Origin: Acidobacteriota bacterium
Lineage (GTDB): Bacteria > Acidobacteriota > UBA6911 > RPQK01 > JAJDTT01
NCBI GenBank assembly: GCA_965209055.1
Contig: OZ242374.1
Coordinates: 3,584,001 to 3,648,000, forward strand
Length of the DNA: 64,000 bases
Direction: 5' to 3'
The notes under the pieces are model-generated. The model was given only the letters and a program-made list of their open reading frames with translations, did no database searches and was not told where the DNA came from. Positions within the stretch are counted from its first letter, which is position 1, and each line of letters begins with the position of its first letter. Of the stretch, positions 1-9,779 are shown piece after piece. Both the position numbers and the translations under genes were made by a program.

Positions 1-255
1 CTCGGTGGTGAATCCCTGGGCCGTCTTGGACAGGAAGTTCGGGTTCGAGAGCAGCCACGAATCGGAGTGGTTGTGCACGTCCACGAAGCCCGGAGCGACC
101 ACCCGCCCTCCGGCGTCGATCCGGTCCCGGGCCTCCTGGCCGTTCAGGTCTCCGAGCTGTTGAATCCGGTCCCCGCTGATGCCCAGATCCGCCTTGAAGC
201 GAGACCTGCCGGTGCCGTCGATGAGAATTCCGCCCTGAATGATGAGATCCAGCAT
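1..255 (-). CDS. N-acyl-D-amino-acid deacylase / amidohydrolase family, 5' part only (runs off window)
   Basis: Manual translation from ATG at 255: [16 protein letters not shown]...[15 protein letters not shown]...KTAQGFTTE, an amidohydrolase N-terminus with the PGFxDxHxHxD metal motif. Not in the ORF track. Confidence 0.85.
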   Translation of the reverse strand, partial: MLDLIIQGGILIDGTGRSRFKADLGISGDRIQQLGDLNGQEARDRIDAGGRVVAPGFVDVHNHSDSWLLSNPNFLSKTAQGFTTE

Positions 256-283
256 GGCGCAAGATTCTAACATCCCCGGAAGC

Positions 284-413
284 GGCGGTTCCCAAACCGC
301 CGAACAGGAACGGTGGTTTCCCAGCCGCTGAACAGGAACGGCGGTTTCCTAACCGCTGAACAGGAACGGCGGTTTCCTAACCGCTGAGCAGGAACGGCGG
401 TTTCCTAACCGCT
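284..413. repeat. Tandem array of 28-bp REP-like palindromic units (4 full copies plus 1 degenerate upstream copy)
   Basis: Unit GAACAGGAACGGCGGTTTCCTAACCGCT (with small variants) at 302-329, 330-357, 358-385 and 386-413. Each carries a GCGGTT-TCCT-AACCGC type hairpin. Related GGCGGTTCCCAAACCGCC at 284-301. Confidence 0.9.
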
Positions 414-434
414 GAGCTCCTAACCAGACAACAA

Positions 435-490
435 AAGACTGGGCGATTGGAAATCGCCCCTCCAAGACTGGGCGCTTGTAAATCACTCCT
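435..490. repeat. REP-like palindrome (type B, GGGCGATTGGAAATCGCCC) plus a degenerate second copy
   Basis: 435-463 is the exact reverse complement of 7420-7448. A degenerate copy starts at 464. Confidence 0.85.
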
Positions 491-548
491 CGAGGGCCCC
501 TCCACCTGGCGGAGGCGCGGCCGGATTCTGCTAGAATCTGGGGCCCGA

Positions 549-1088
549 ATGACCCCCCGGCAATTGGATCCTCTGGCTGACGCTTATTCCCGGCGGGGAC
601 TCCGTTTGCCCGCCATCGAGCGGGTCGAGGGTTCGGTGATTCCTCAGCCATACCGGGACCTGCTGGTGCACGACCGGGACATGACTCCCACCCTGGAAGC
701 GTTCCACGGGGAGCCGATCCATCTCCGGGTAATGAGCCGCGGCGCCCCTTCCGGCATCCTTTTCCGGGAAGTCGTCCTGATCACCGCGGAAAGCGCCAGG
801 CCGGTGGAATTCGGCGCGATCCGGATCCGGCTCGACGGGTTTGGGAATTCGGCCCGGGAACTGATCCTGGAAGGGCTGATCCCGCTGGGAACCATCTTGA
901 AGCAGATGGAGATCCCCCACCAGAGCGATCCCCGGCGCTACTTCCGGATCGAACCGGACCAGGTCGTCGCGCGGGCCTTGGAAATGGAAGGCCGCGAGCC
1001 GCTGTATGGGCGGCACAATCTGATTTCCGGTCCGGACGGCCGGGTCCTGGCCGAGATGGTGGAGATTCTTCCTCCCTGGTCCGGATAG
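549..1088 (+). CDS. Chorismate pyruvate-lyase-like (UbiC/DUF98-type fold) protein
   Basis: LLVHDRDMTPTLE, REVVL, IPLGTIL, YGRHNLI and EMVEILP follow the chorismate-lyase-like pattern. Start moved to ATG 549 because the upstream part runs through the REP. Confidence 0.65.
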   Translation: MTPRQLDPLADAYSRRGLRLPAIERVEGSVIPQPYRDLLVHDRDMTPTLEAFHGEPIHLRVMSRGAPSGILFREVVLITAESARPVEFGAIRIRLDGFGNSARELILEGLIPLGTILKQMEIPHQSDPRRYFRIEPDQVVARALEMEGREPLYGRHNLISGPDGRVLAEMVEILPPWSG

Positions 1089-1127
1089 CCGCTACAAGAA
1101 GTCTCACGCCCCACGGAAGAGGCAGGA

Positions 1128-2447
1128 TCAATCGCCGGCGACGGCGGACGGGCGGGTCTCGAAGAGGGTGTCCAAAGCGGTCTGAAGGCGTCCGCGGACG
1201 GCAGGCTCCTGATCCGAGGCAACGGCCTGGGTCTCGTCGGGATCATCCGCCATGTGGAAGAAGCGGCCGTCCCGGTACAACTTCCAGTCCCGCGTTCGAA
1301 CCCAACTGCGGCCCCGGTGCTCCGCGAAGACCCAGTCCCGTCCCTCGCCCGGCCCGCCTCTCAAGAGCGGAGCGAAACTGGTCCCGTCCAGGGTCTCCCC
1401 CGGGGGGACCTCGGCGCCCCCCAACTCCGCCAGCGTGGGCAGCAGGTCGCTGAAATCCACCAAGGCTTCGGTCGATTGACCCGGGGGCAACGTCCTGGTC
1501 CAGTTGGCGATCGTAGGCACCCGGGTGCCGGCGTCGGTGAGATCTCCCTTGCCTCCAGGGATTGTCCGATCTCCCATCCTGCTCGATACCGATTCCCGGA
1601 CGAGATTCCCGCCCTGGGCAGTGATGATGGACCTCTTCGGAGTTCCGTTGTCCGTGGTGAAGAGGATCAAGGTCTTTTCCCGCAATCCGAGGCGGTCCAG
1701 AGCTCCGACCAGACTGCCGATCCGCTGGTCCATGGCCTCAACCATCTCGGAATAGCTGTCGTAACGTCCTCGGGGACCGAAGGGGACGGGTGCTTCCAGG
1801 TCGTCGGTGACGTCGTGGCAGAGCGCCATGGAGTAGAACGCGAAGAAGGGACCCGACTGGTGACGTTCCATGAATTCGGTGAGGAACCGGACATAGACGT
1901 CCGGTCCGTACTGGTCGTGGACGTCGCCACGAACCCGGCCGTTCTCCCAAATCAGTGGCTCGTAGTACCGGGGTCCTTCGTGCCACCCGAAGAGGCAGTA
2001 CTGGTCGAAACCCAGCCGGAAGGGGTGTTCGGGGTCTTCCCGGAGCAGCGTGAGCTGCCACTTGCCCGCGATGGCGGTGGCGTATCCGGCGCGCTTCAGC
2101 ATCTGGGGCAGGGTCCTTTCCTCCCATTGTTCGGGAAAGGTTCCCCAGACCGGATGACCCAGCCGGAAGGGGTAGCGCCCGGTCATGAGACAGACCCGGG
2201 AGGGGTGGCAGACGGGCATGCTGTAGGCATGCTCGAAGCGCAGCCCGGTTCGGGCCAACCGGTCCAGGTTGGGAGTCGAGTAGGAACTGCCGCCGTAGCT
2301 GCCCAGCACCTCGCGTCCCACGTCGTCTGCCAGGATCAGGAGGATGTTGGGCTGTTCCGGTTTCCCAGGGACTTCCCGGTGCTGCTCACAGGAGGTATTG
2401 GCCGTCAACAGGAGGACAGCCAGCAGGATCAGAGCGTTCGTTTTCAA
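1128..2447 (-). CDS. Sulfatase (arylsulfatase A-like), probable lipoprotein
   Basis: PNILLILADD, formylglycine motif CHPSR...LMTGRY, GKWQL, FTTDNG. Hydrophobic leader ending in Cys from TTG at 2447. Confidence 0.9.
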   Translation of the reverse strand: MKTNALILLAVLLLTANTSCEQHREVPGKPEQPNILLILADDVGREVLGSYGGSSYSTPNLDRLARTGLRFEHAYSMPVCHPSRVCLMTGRYPFRLGHPVWGTFPEQWEERTLPQMLKRAGYATAIAGKWQLTLLREDPEHPFRLGFDQYCLFGWHEGPRYYEPLIWENGRVRGDVHDQYGPDVYVRFLTEFMERHQSGPFFAFYSMALCHDVTDDLEAPVPFGPRGRYDSYSEMVEAMDQRIGSLVGALDRLGLREKTLILFTTDNGTPKRSIITAQGGNLVRESVSSRMGDRTIPGGKGDLTDAGTRVPTIANWTRTLPPGQSTEALVDFSDLLPTLAELGGAEVPPGETLDGTSFAPLLRGGPGEGRDWVFAEHRGRSWVRTRDWKLYRDGRFFHMADDPDETQAVASDQEPAVRGRLQTALDTLFETRPSAVAGD

Positions 2448-2574
2448 TGAATCGTGAGAATAGTTCAAATTGTGGAAGGGGTCCACGGTCCCGAGTGGTC
2501 TTATTTCTGGTCTTGTTACAGACCACCGTAGTAAGCTGAACTCCACAGGGCACCCGAACGCGGCCCAACCCCAA

Positions 2575-4011
2575 ATGATGTCCACCAGGAGCCGGCCCCG
2601 AACCAAGATCGTCTGCACTTTGGGGCCATCGGTACGATCCCGGACCAGCATTAAGCAGTTGGTCGAGGCGGGAATGAACGTGGCCCGCCTCAACATGGCC
2701 CACGGGACCATGGAGGACCACACGACGGCGTTCGGCCACGTTCGTTCCATCGCCGAGGAACTGAAACGACCCGTTGGGATCATGGTGGACGTGCCCGGCC
2801 CCAAGTACCGGACGGGCGATGTTCCTTCGGGTTCCATCTCCTTCAAAGAAGGCCGACGGGTCACGCTCACCAGCCGCCAGGACGGGGCGGATGGGGAAGA
2901 CTTCGTGGTCCCGGTGAAACCTGCGGGAATCCACCGGGACGCCCGGCCTGGAAACCGGGTTCTTCTGAATGACGGAATGATCACCCTGGAGATCCGGGAG
3001 GTTCAGGGCGAGGACGTTCACTGCGAGGCTCTCACCGCGGGTCGAATCACACCCGGCCGGGGAGTTACGACTCCGGGCGTCGAGCCCTCCCAGCCTTTTC
3101 CCGACGAAAAAGCGACGGCCGCAATGGGATTTGCCGCTCGGCAGCAGGCGGACTTCGTCGCGCTATCCACAGTGACCACATCCGATGACGTGGCGAAAGC
3201 CCGTGAGATCCTGTTGGCAATGGGGTTCGGCGGCGGGATCTATTCGAAGGTTGAACGCTCCCGGGCCGTCACCAATCAGGCGTCCATCATCAATGAAAGC
3301 GACGGCATCATCGTGGCCCGGGGGGACCTGGGAACGGAGATCCGGCTGGCCCGGGTACCCGTGGTTCAGAAGGAGCTCATCGCCCTGTGCAACGAGCTGG
3401 GAAAACCGGTGATCACGGCCACGCAGATGCTCGAGTCCATGATCTCCCTGCCGGTCCCCACGCGAGCCGAGGTGACGGACGTGGCAAACGCCGTGTTCGA
3501 TGGCACGGATGCCGTCATGCTCTCAGGAGAGACTTCCATCGGACGGTATCCCCTGGAAGCGGTCCGGGTCATGGCGGAGGTGTCGATGGAGGCCGAAAAA
3601 GCCCTGCCCTACGACGCCATGCTGGTGGACAAGAGGGACCACCTGGAGCCTCTGACCGACGACGCCATCTCCTACAATGCCTGCCAGACCGCCCATCAAC
3701 TGGGCGCCTCCCTGATCGTGGCGTTCACCGAATCGGGGGGCACCGCGAAACGGGTCTCCAAGTACCGGCCCCGGACGCCTGTCCTGGCTCTGGTCCACAA
3801 CGAGCGGACGCGGCGTTCCCTGACCGTGACCTGGGGAGTCCAGCCGGTGACCACCCGAAGCCTGGAGCAGACCGACGACTTCTTCGACCGGGCACGGGAG
3901 GAAGCCGTGCGCCGGGTCGGTCTGAAGAAGGGTGCGCTGGTGGTGCTGGTGGCCGGCGTCCCCATCGGCCATCCCGGAGGAACCGATCTGCTCCGGGTCC
4001 TGACTATCTGA
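2575..4011 (+). CDS. pyk: Pyruvate kinase
   Basis: TKIVCTLGP, ARLNMAHG, VARGDLG, ITATQMLESM, PTRAEVTDVANAVFDGTDAVMLSGET. Confidence 0.97.
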   Translation: MMSTRSRPRTKIVCTLGPSVRSRTSIKQLVEAGMNVARLNMAHGTMEDHTTAFGHVRSIAEELKRPVGIMVDVPGPKYRTGDVPSGSISFKEGRRVTLTSRQDGADGEDFVVPVKPAGIHRDARPGNRVLLNDGMITLEIREVQGEDVHCEALTAGRITPGRGVTTPGVEPSQPFPDEKATAAMGFAARQQADFVALSTVTTSDDVAKAREILLAMGFGGGIYSKVERSRAVTNQASIINESDGIIVARGDLGTEIRLARVPVVQKELIALCNELGKPVITATQMLESMISLPVPTRAEVTDVANAVFDGTDAVMLSGETSIGRYPLEAVRVMAEVSMEAEKALPYDAMLVDKRDHLEPLTDDAISYNACQTAHQLGASLIVAFTESGGTAKRVSKYRPRTPVLALVHNERTRRSLTVTWGVQPVTTRSLEQTDDFFDRAREEAVRRVGLKKGALVVLVAGVPIGHPGGTDLLRVLTI

Positions 4012-4070
4012 CCATTTTCTGAGAGGATGTCCGCGTCGTTCTTCCCGGGTGTCGAAGGGGAGAGTAGTCC

Positions 4071-6026
4071 ATGATTCTGACTCAAACCGTTTGGCTGGGA
4101 CTTCACTGGGTGGACTGGGTCGTCCTGATCTTCTACCTGCTGGCCGTCTCCTTCATCGGCTTCTGGTCCTACCGGAAGGTGAAGGACCTCACCGACTTCT
4201 TCATGGGGGGACGCCGCTTCGGCAAGGTCTTCATGATGTTCTTCGCCTTCGGAGTCGGAACCAGCAGCGAGCAGGCCCTGAGCGTCGCCGCCGGGTCCTT
4301 CCGCTACGGCCTGGCCGGGATCTGGTACCAGTTTCTGTGGCTCTGGGCCACACCCTTCTACTGGATCATCGCGCCCGTCTTTCGCCGCATGCGGGCCCTG
4401 ACCACCAGCGACTTCTTCCAGGCCCGTTACGATTCTTCCACCGCCACGCTCTATTCGTGCCTGGGGATCATGATGTCGGTGATCTTCATGGCCGGAGCCC
4501 TGTACGGCAGCGGCGAGATGATCGAGGGACTTGCGGGAGGCACCGACCCCGCGACGGGAAAGCCTTATTTCCCCATGGAATACGCCGTCGCCGGGATGAC
4601 GGTGCTCTTCGTCCTCTACGGAATGGCCGGAGGTCTGGGCGCCGCCATCATCACCGACTTCATCCAGGGCGTCCTGACCATCGTCTTCTCCTTCCTGCTG
4701 CTCCCCTTCGCGTTCAACGCCGCGGCCCGGGTGGCCGGGACCTCCAGCGGATTCGAGGCGCTGCACCAGGGCGTGCCAGGCCGGAGCGGCTCCGAGTTGT
4801 TGAGCCTCACGGTCACGGAACAGGTGAGCAGTCTCATGGGTCAGGAACCCATCACCCTCTTCTATGTCGTGATGCTCTCCCTCACCGGGCTCATCGGGAT
4901 CGTGGTCCAGCCCCACATCATGGGGGTCTGCGGCGCCGGACGCACCGAGTTCGAGGGGCGCTTCGGCTTCACCGTCGGCAACTTCATCAAGCGGTTCTGC
5001 ACCATCGCCTGGACCTTCACCGGGCTGGCCTGCATCATCATCTACCTGACGCCCGAGAACGGGTACCTGTCGGCGGCCGAGATCCAGCGGGTCCAGTCCG
5101 ATCCCGGTACCCTGGCCGCCTTCGCCAACCAGGTCTTCGGCCGGGCGGCCCACGACATTCTGCCCACCATATCCGTCGGGCTCGTAGGGCTCCTCATGGC
5201 TTCGCTGCTGGCGGCGGTGATGAGCACCTGCGACGCCCAGATGGTGGTGGGATCCGGGCTCTTCACCGAGAACATCTACAAGCGCTTCATCCATCCCGAC
5301 GGAAGTGAACGCCACTATCTGTGGGTCGGACGCCTGACCGGACTCGGGATCGTCTGCCTGGCGCTGCTGATGCTGACCCAGTTCGACAACGTGATTCAGG
5401 TCCTGACTCGCTATATCCAGCCCATTCCCACCTTCATGGGCCTGGCCTTCTGGTTCGGCATCACCTGGAGAGGCTATACGGCCAAGGCCGTCTGGGCTTC
5501 CACCGTGGCCACCGCTCTGGCCTGGTACCTGACCCAGACCCACAATCCGTTCGAGACCATCGCCGCCCTGGGGAGCTCCCAGTTCTTCCAGCTCAACATC
5601 GACTATCTTCCCGGCCTGGTTCGGGTCTGGCTCCATGAGCAGGTCCCGGGAATCATGCAGGTGGTCCAGGGAGCGGGAGGCGAAGCGGCCTACCGGACCC
5701 GCCTGCCCTATCAGATTCTCATCTATCTCTCCTGCGGCGCGGCGGCCGGCCTGGTCACCAGCTTTCTGACCCGGCCCGTGGCCCGGGCCAAGCTGGACCA
5801 TTTTTTCCGGCTCATCCACACCCCGGTTCGGGAGGGAGAAAAGATCGACGAGCCTTGCACCCTCCCGGAGAACCCCTTGCCCGCCGAAACCGAAAAGCTG
5901 ATCTCGGCGGGTGGACTGGAGATTCCCCGGCCCGGTCTGGTGGGCCTGGTGGGATTCGGTCTGGCTTGGGTCGCCGTGGGAGGACTGATCTGGCTGACCG
6001 TGACGTTGGCCGGGATCGGCGGATAG
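4071..6026 (+). CDS. Sodium:solute symporter family transporter
   Basis: Many TM segments, DFFMGGRRFG, GGLGAAIITDFIQ, LLAAVMST. Confidence 0.92.
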   Translation: MILTQTVWLGLHWVDWVVLIFYLLAVSFIGFWSYRKVKDLTDFFMGGRRFGKVFMMFFAFGVGTSSEQALSVAAGSFRYGLAGIWYQFLWLWATPFYWIIAPVFRRMRALTTSDFFQARYDSSTATLYSCLGIMMSVIFMAGALYGSGEMIEGLAGGTDPATGKPYFPMEYAVAGMTVLFVLYGMAGGLGAAIITDFIQGVLTIVFSFLLLPFAFNAAARVAGTSSGFEALHQGVPGRSGSELLSLTVTEQVSSLMGQEPITLFYVVMLSLTGLIGIVVQPHIMGVCGAGRTEFEGRFGFTVGNFIKRFCTIAWTFTGLACIIIYLTPENGYLSAAEIQRVQSDPGTLAAFANQVFGRAAHDILPTISVGLVGLLMASLLAAVMSTCDAQMVVGSGLFTENIYKRFIHPDGSERHYLWVGRLTGLGIVCLALLMLTQFDNVIQVLTRYIQPIPTFMGLAFWFGITWRGYTAKAVWASTVATALAWYLTQTHNPFETIAALGSSQFFQLNIDYLPGLVRVWLHEQVPGIMQVVQGAGGEAAYRTRLPYQILIYLSCGAAAGLVTSFLTRPVARAKLDHFFRLIHTPVREGEKIDEPCTLPENPLPAETEKLISAGGLEIPRPGLVGLVGFGLAWVAVGGLIWLTVTLAGIGG

Positions 6027-6034
6027 CCCGTTCG

Positions 6035-6056
6035 GAGGGGCGATTTCCAGTCACCC
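6035..6056. repeat. REP-like palindrome (type B) between convergent genes
   Basis: GAGGGGCGATTTCCAGTCACCC, a variant of the element at 435-463 and 7420-7448. Confidence 0.7.
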
Positions 6057-6122
6057 ATTCCTTTTCCGGTGGGCTCATGGGCCCGATTCCGGAATTCGGC
6101 GGTTGGACACCGCCGCTCCGGC

Positions 6123-7391
6123 TCAGGCAGCGAGCTTTCCCGATCGGGAGTCCGATCCGGGACCGGTGTCCGGCTCCCGAAAGACTCGCCAGAAGACGAC
6201 GGCGCACAGGGCCGTGATCACCGCGGGCACGGCAAATACGATGTCGTAGCGGGTCGTTCCGCCCACTGTGGCCACCTCCTTGAGCCAGCCCGAGAACAGG
6301 CTCCCGATGAACAGTCCGATGCCCAGGACCGCCACGTTGATCAGCGACTGGGCCGAAGCGCGGATATCGGCCGGCGCCACCATGTCCGTGTAGATGAACG
6401 CCACCACGAAGAAGAAGACGTAGCAGAAACCGTGCAGCGCCAGTGAGCCCACCACGACCCAGACCAGAGTCGGAGCCGTTTCGTACAGCGGCCAGGCGGC
6501 CGCAAAGATGACGTAGCGGACGGGCCAGGCCAGGATGCCCACCAGCATGGAGACCCTCACGCCCCAGCGGGCCAGGGCGTAGGGGAGGACCAGCGCCATG
6601 GTGAAGATCTCGGCGATCTGACCAATGGTCATCCAGGCGGGCAGATTCTCCGAGGTGATGCCCACCGCGGGACCGATGGTCTGGAGGTAGGGAAAGGTGA
6701 GGATGTAGTAGAGCTGCAACTCGGTGGCCACCACGAAGGCGATGATGAAGAAGCTGAGGTAGTTCCGGTCCTTGAGGAGCCCGAACGACTTCCGGAAGGC
6801 CAGCGGGTCCGGAGCCTCGCGGGCGGGGGGCGTGTGGGGCAGCGCCAGGGAGAAGAGGCCCAGGACCAGGGAGAATGCAGCCGCCAGGACAAACGTGTCG
6901 ATGTAGCCGGCCGCTTCCGTGTCCAGCGCGACCCGCATCCCGGTCAGAGCCCAATTAGCGCCGATCCAACCCAGCGTGCCCCAGACCCGGATGGGCCCGA
7001 AGTCCCGCGGTCCGTCGGCCAGATGCTGAAACGCCAGGGCATTGGTCAGGGCCAGGGTGGGCGCGAAGACCAGGCAGTAGAGGAGCATCAGGATCAACAT
7101 GGCGCCCAGGGTTTCGGTGTACGCCATCCAGAGGAGGAATCCCGCGCCCAGCAGATGAAAGATGGCCAACGCCACCTGGGTCGGAAGCCAGCGGTCGGCG
7201 ACCTGGCCTCCGGTAAACGGAGCCACCAGGTTGGCCAAGGGAAAGGCCGCGTAGATCAGTCCCAGACCCCACCCCGAGAACCCCAATTGCGCTTCCAGGT
7301 ACCCGGCCAGGGCCGGTGCCCAGGCTCCCCAGATGGCGTACTGCAGGAACATCATCAGGCTGAGCCGGGGATGGCTGAACATCCTCTTCAT
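6123..7391 (-). CDS. MFS nucleoside:H+ symporter (NupG/XapB-like)
   Basis: RLSLMMFLQYAIWGAW, GQVADRW, FGPIRVWGTLGWI, IGQIAEI, LHGFCYVFF. AAGGAGAGG RBS before ATG 7391. Confidence 0.9.
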   Translation of the reverse strand: MKRMFSHPRLSLMMFLQYAIWGAWAPALAGYLEAQLGFSGWGLGLIYAAFPLANLVAPFTGGQVADRWLPTQVALAIFHLLGAGFLLWMAYTETLGAMLILMLLYCLVFAPTLALTNALAFQHLADGPRDFGPIRVWGTLGWIGANWALTGMRVALDTEAAGYIDTFVLAAAFSLVLGLFSLALPHTPPAREAPDPLAFRKSFGLLKDRNYLSFFIIAFVVATELQLYYILTFPYLQTIGPAVGITSENLPAWMTIGQIAEIFTMALVLPYALARWGVRVSMLVGILAWPVRYVIFAAAWPLYETAPTLVWVVVGSLALHGFCYVFFFVVAFIYTDMVAPADIRASAQSLINVAVLGIGLFIGSLFSGWLKEVATVGGTTRYDIVFAVPAVITALCAVVFWRVFREPDTGPGSDSRSGKLAA

Positions 7392-7419
7392 CGATTCCTC
7401 TCCTTGCTTCCAAGAAAAC

Positions 7420-7495
7420 GGAGGGGCGATTTCCAATCGCCCAGTCTTCGTCGCCAAATATGCCACACGGGAGTTCGGCGGTTAGGAAACCGCCG
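7420..7495. repeat. Composite inverted REP pair (BIME/REPIN-like)
   Basis: Type B at 7420-7448 and type A CGGCGGTTAGGAAACCGCCG at 7476-7495. Confidence 0.8.
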
Positions 7496-7533
7496 GTCCT
7501 CCTTTCGTTGTCGGTCGGCCAGGCCACGGACGG

Positions 7534-8703
7534 TTACGGCAGGGCCCCCACGTCGACGGTCAAGCTCCTGGGTTGGTCATCGCGGCGCTCCCGGATGCGG
7601 AGTTGGGCGCCATCGTATTCGGCAGACGCCACGCCCCGGAAGTCGTTGGGAATCCGCGCCAGAAACAGGATGTAGCTCCGGGTGTCCGTTTCTCCCGCGT
7701 CCAGGTATTCGTAGACTCCTTTGTCCAACACTTTCCCCAGTTCGAGGAGGGTCGGGAATGGTTGGTGGATTCCCGTGGTCCCGAACTCGAGCCCGCGGGC
7801 ACTCACCTTCCCCTGGTGCCGGTAACGCCACATGTTCAGCCATGGATACTCGGAGATCTTCCAGAGATAACCCATCAGAAGACCGGCCGAAGGCGTCGCG
7901 GCCGTCACCCATCCATACTCGACTTCGGGGTCGAAGATGAACGCGGTGACGTCGTGTCCCGAGGAGCCGTCGTCGGTGCTGTTGAAGAAACGAAGGTTCG
8001 CCGGCGTTCCCCCAATGGAGATCCGGGGCCACCGGTCGGCGTCGTCGGTCGACTGGGGCACCGGTTCCTCCTGGACCAGCCCGTGGGAGGCGTTGCAGTC
8101 CACGATGGTGGTGTCGTCCAGGAAGGGAGGAGCGATGCTGGGGTGCTGCACCAGGTTGTAGACGCGTCCCGCCGCCCGGACGTTGGTGACAGCTTCAGTC
8201 ACCGTGAGGGACGCCTCATTCTCCTGGAGCCGGACGGTTCGCTTCACCTCCATCCCCGCCAGGGGGAGTTCGCATCCCATCCTGAGCTCGCTGTCCGCGG
8301 CTTCGCCGGCGCCCGGGTCGAGCCGTTCCCAGACCACCCGGGGAGCTTCTCCGTGGTAGGGCATCCCCATCTTCTCCTCGGCTGAAGACGGGGCGCCCCA
8401 GCGGTCGAAGCAGATGAAGTGCCCCTGGAGGTTGGGTCCGTCCGGACTCAGCGGTTCGATGTCCTCCGTGGCTCGCCAACTCAGCGGGTTGACGCCGTGG
8501 TCCAGATAGTGGAAATCAATAATGCCCCCTCCCCAGCGGTCGAGCGTGACCTGGGAGAGTCCATTCTTCAGGACCAACGAGCGGGGTGTGGGCGACGGTT
8601 TCTCCTGGGGAGGCGTACAACTGGCCATTCCGGCCACAAACGACAAGGCCAGTCCCAGCCATAGGGGGTCCAAGAATTCCAGAGTCTTCAAGATCATGAT
8701 CAT
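7534..8703 (-). CDS. Exported (lipo)protein, galactose-mutarotase / aldose-1-epimerase-like fold
   Basis: Hydrophobic leader then GMASC. HGEA, VQHPSI and GLEFG resemble mutarotase-like motifs. GGAGAG RBS before ATG 8703. Confidence 0.55.
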   Translation of the reverse strand: MIMILKTLEFLDPLWLGLALSFVAGMASCTPPQEKPSPTPRSLVLKNGLSQVTLDRWGGGIIDFHYLDHGVNPLSWRATEDIEPLSPDGPNLQGHFICFDRWGAPSSAEEKMGMPYHGEAPRVVWERLDPGAGEAADSELRMGCELPLAGMEVKRTVRLQENEASLTVTEAVTNVRAAGRVYNLVQHPSIAPPFLDDTTIVDCNASHGLVQEEPVPQSTDDADRWPRISIGGTPANLRFFNSTDDGSSGHDVTAFIFDPEVEYGWVTAATPSAGLLMGYLWKISEYPWLNMWRYRHQGKVSARGLEFGTTGIHQPFPTLLELGKVLDKGVYEYLDAGETDTRSYILFLARIPNDFRGVASAEYDGAQLRIRERRDDQPRSLTVDVGALP

Positions 8704-8741
8704 GCTCTCCTGGCAGCAGCCTGCGGCCACAAGGGCCGCGA

Positions 8742-9779
8742 TTACAATTCGTTCTGCTCCTTCCAATGCGCCAACCGGCTCACCAGTTGACGCCGCGTCG
8801 CCGTGCCGGTGACGGACAGTTGCCGGATCGTGACGGAAGCCGCCAGATTGCCCACCAGGGCGGCTTCGGGGAGGCTCGCCCGGCTGCACAATGCCAGCAC
8901 CGCGCCGGCGGTGAAGCTGTCGCCGGCGCCCGTCACGTCCAGGGGACCCTCCACCCGGACGGCCGGCACCCGGGTTATCTCAGGATCGGTCACCAGTGCT
9001 CCCGCGTCGCCCATGGTCACACAAACGGGTGCGCCGTTCTGGGACCGGAGCCGAGTCAGGACCTGTCGAATGGAATCGATCGGGACCTTCTCCCCGGGTC
9101 CGGGACTGGAACTCCTCACCACCTCGAACTGGTTCGGCTTCAGAATCATGCGGCGGAAGTGGTGGATTTGAGCCCGGCTGTCCGCCCAGAAGATGACTCG
9201 GGGGTGACGGAGTGCCAGATTCGTCAAGCCGTCGCGAACCTCCGCAGTCACGACGCCCAGGTCCGGTTGTTCCACCTGATCCTCGATGATGACGGCATCG
9301 ACACGATCCAGCAGGCCTTCAAGATCGGCCAACATCTCCTGGAGGAGATCCGGCGGGATGGGGTCGCGGTTGCGGATGTCATACCGCTCGTGTTCGCCGG
9401 ATAGTTCTTTCCGGGACAGGTCTCTCGGTTTCAAGTAGGTGGGCGTCAGCATTGCCTTCCGGCGCCGCAATCCCCGGGTCGTGCAGCCGATGCGGTCCAG
9501 GCACTTCCGCAACTCGAATCCCTGGCCGTCATCCCCGGTGACTCCCAGGGCATGGATCCGGCCGCAGTCCAGCGAGGCCAGGTTGTTCGCCACCGTTCCG
9601 GCGGCGCCGGGACTGGAGCGAACGGCGGCAACCTGGTGGGCACTCTTTCCAGTCTCCAGGCTTCTCTCCTCCAGGTCCGGATCGACCTCCAGGTACTGGT
9701 CCAGAAAGAAATCTCCCAAGACGGCGACCCGGCACGAGGGGAACCGGCCGGTCAGTTCTTCCAGTCGGGATCTTTTCAT
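8742..9779 (-). CDS. PfkB-family sugar kinase, similar to the HldE/RfaE heptose-7-phosphate kinase domain
   Basis: VAVLGDFFLDQY, PGAAGTVANNL, KPNQFE, DVTGAGDSF. ATG 9779 overlaps the upstream stop. Confidence 0.85.
   Translation of the reverse strand: MKRSRLEELTGRFPSCRVAVLGDFFLDQYLEVDPDLEERSLETGKSAHQVAAVRSSPGAAGTVANNLASLDCGRIHALGVTGDDGQGFELRKCLDRIGCTTRGLRRRKAMLTPTYLKPRDLSRKELSGEHERYDIRNRDPIPPDLLQEMLADLEGLLDRVDAVIIEDQVEQPDLGVVTAEVRDGLTNLALRHPRVIFWADSRAQIHHFRRMILKPNQFEVVRSSSPGPGEKVPIDSIRQVLTRLRSQNGAPVCVTMGDAGALVTDPEITRVPAVRVEGPLDVTGAGDSFTAGAVLALCSRASLPEAALVGNLAASVTIRQLSVTGTATRRQLVSRLAHWKEQNEL

Noticed and set aside
284-413. Possible CRISPR array (28-bp palindromic repeats)
   Set aside because: Units are head-to-tail with no unique spacers, no cas genes are present, and the same motif occurs as dispersed REP-like copies.
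2497-2527. GTGGTCT...AGACCAC inverted repeat upstream of pyk as a GntR-type operator
   Set aside because: Spacing is irregular and no cognate regulator is in the window, so the support is too weak.
2448-2984. N-terminal 179 aa of the 618-aa sulfatase ORF
   Set aside because: Antisense to pyk. The signal peptide starts at TTG 2447.
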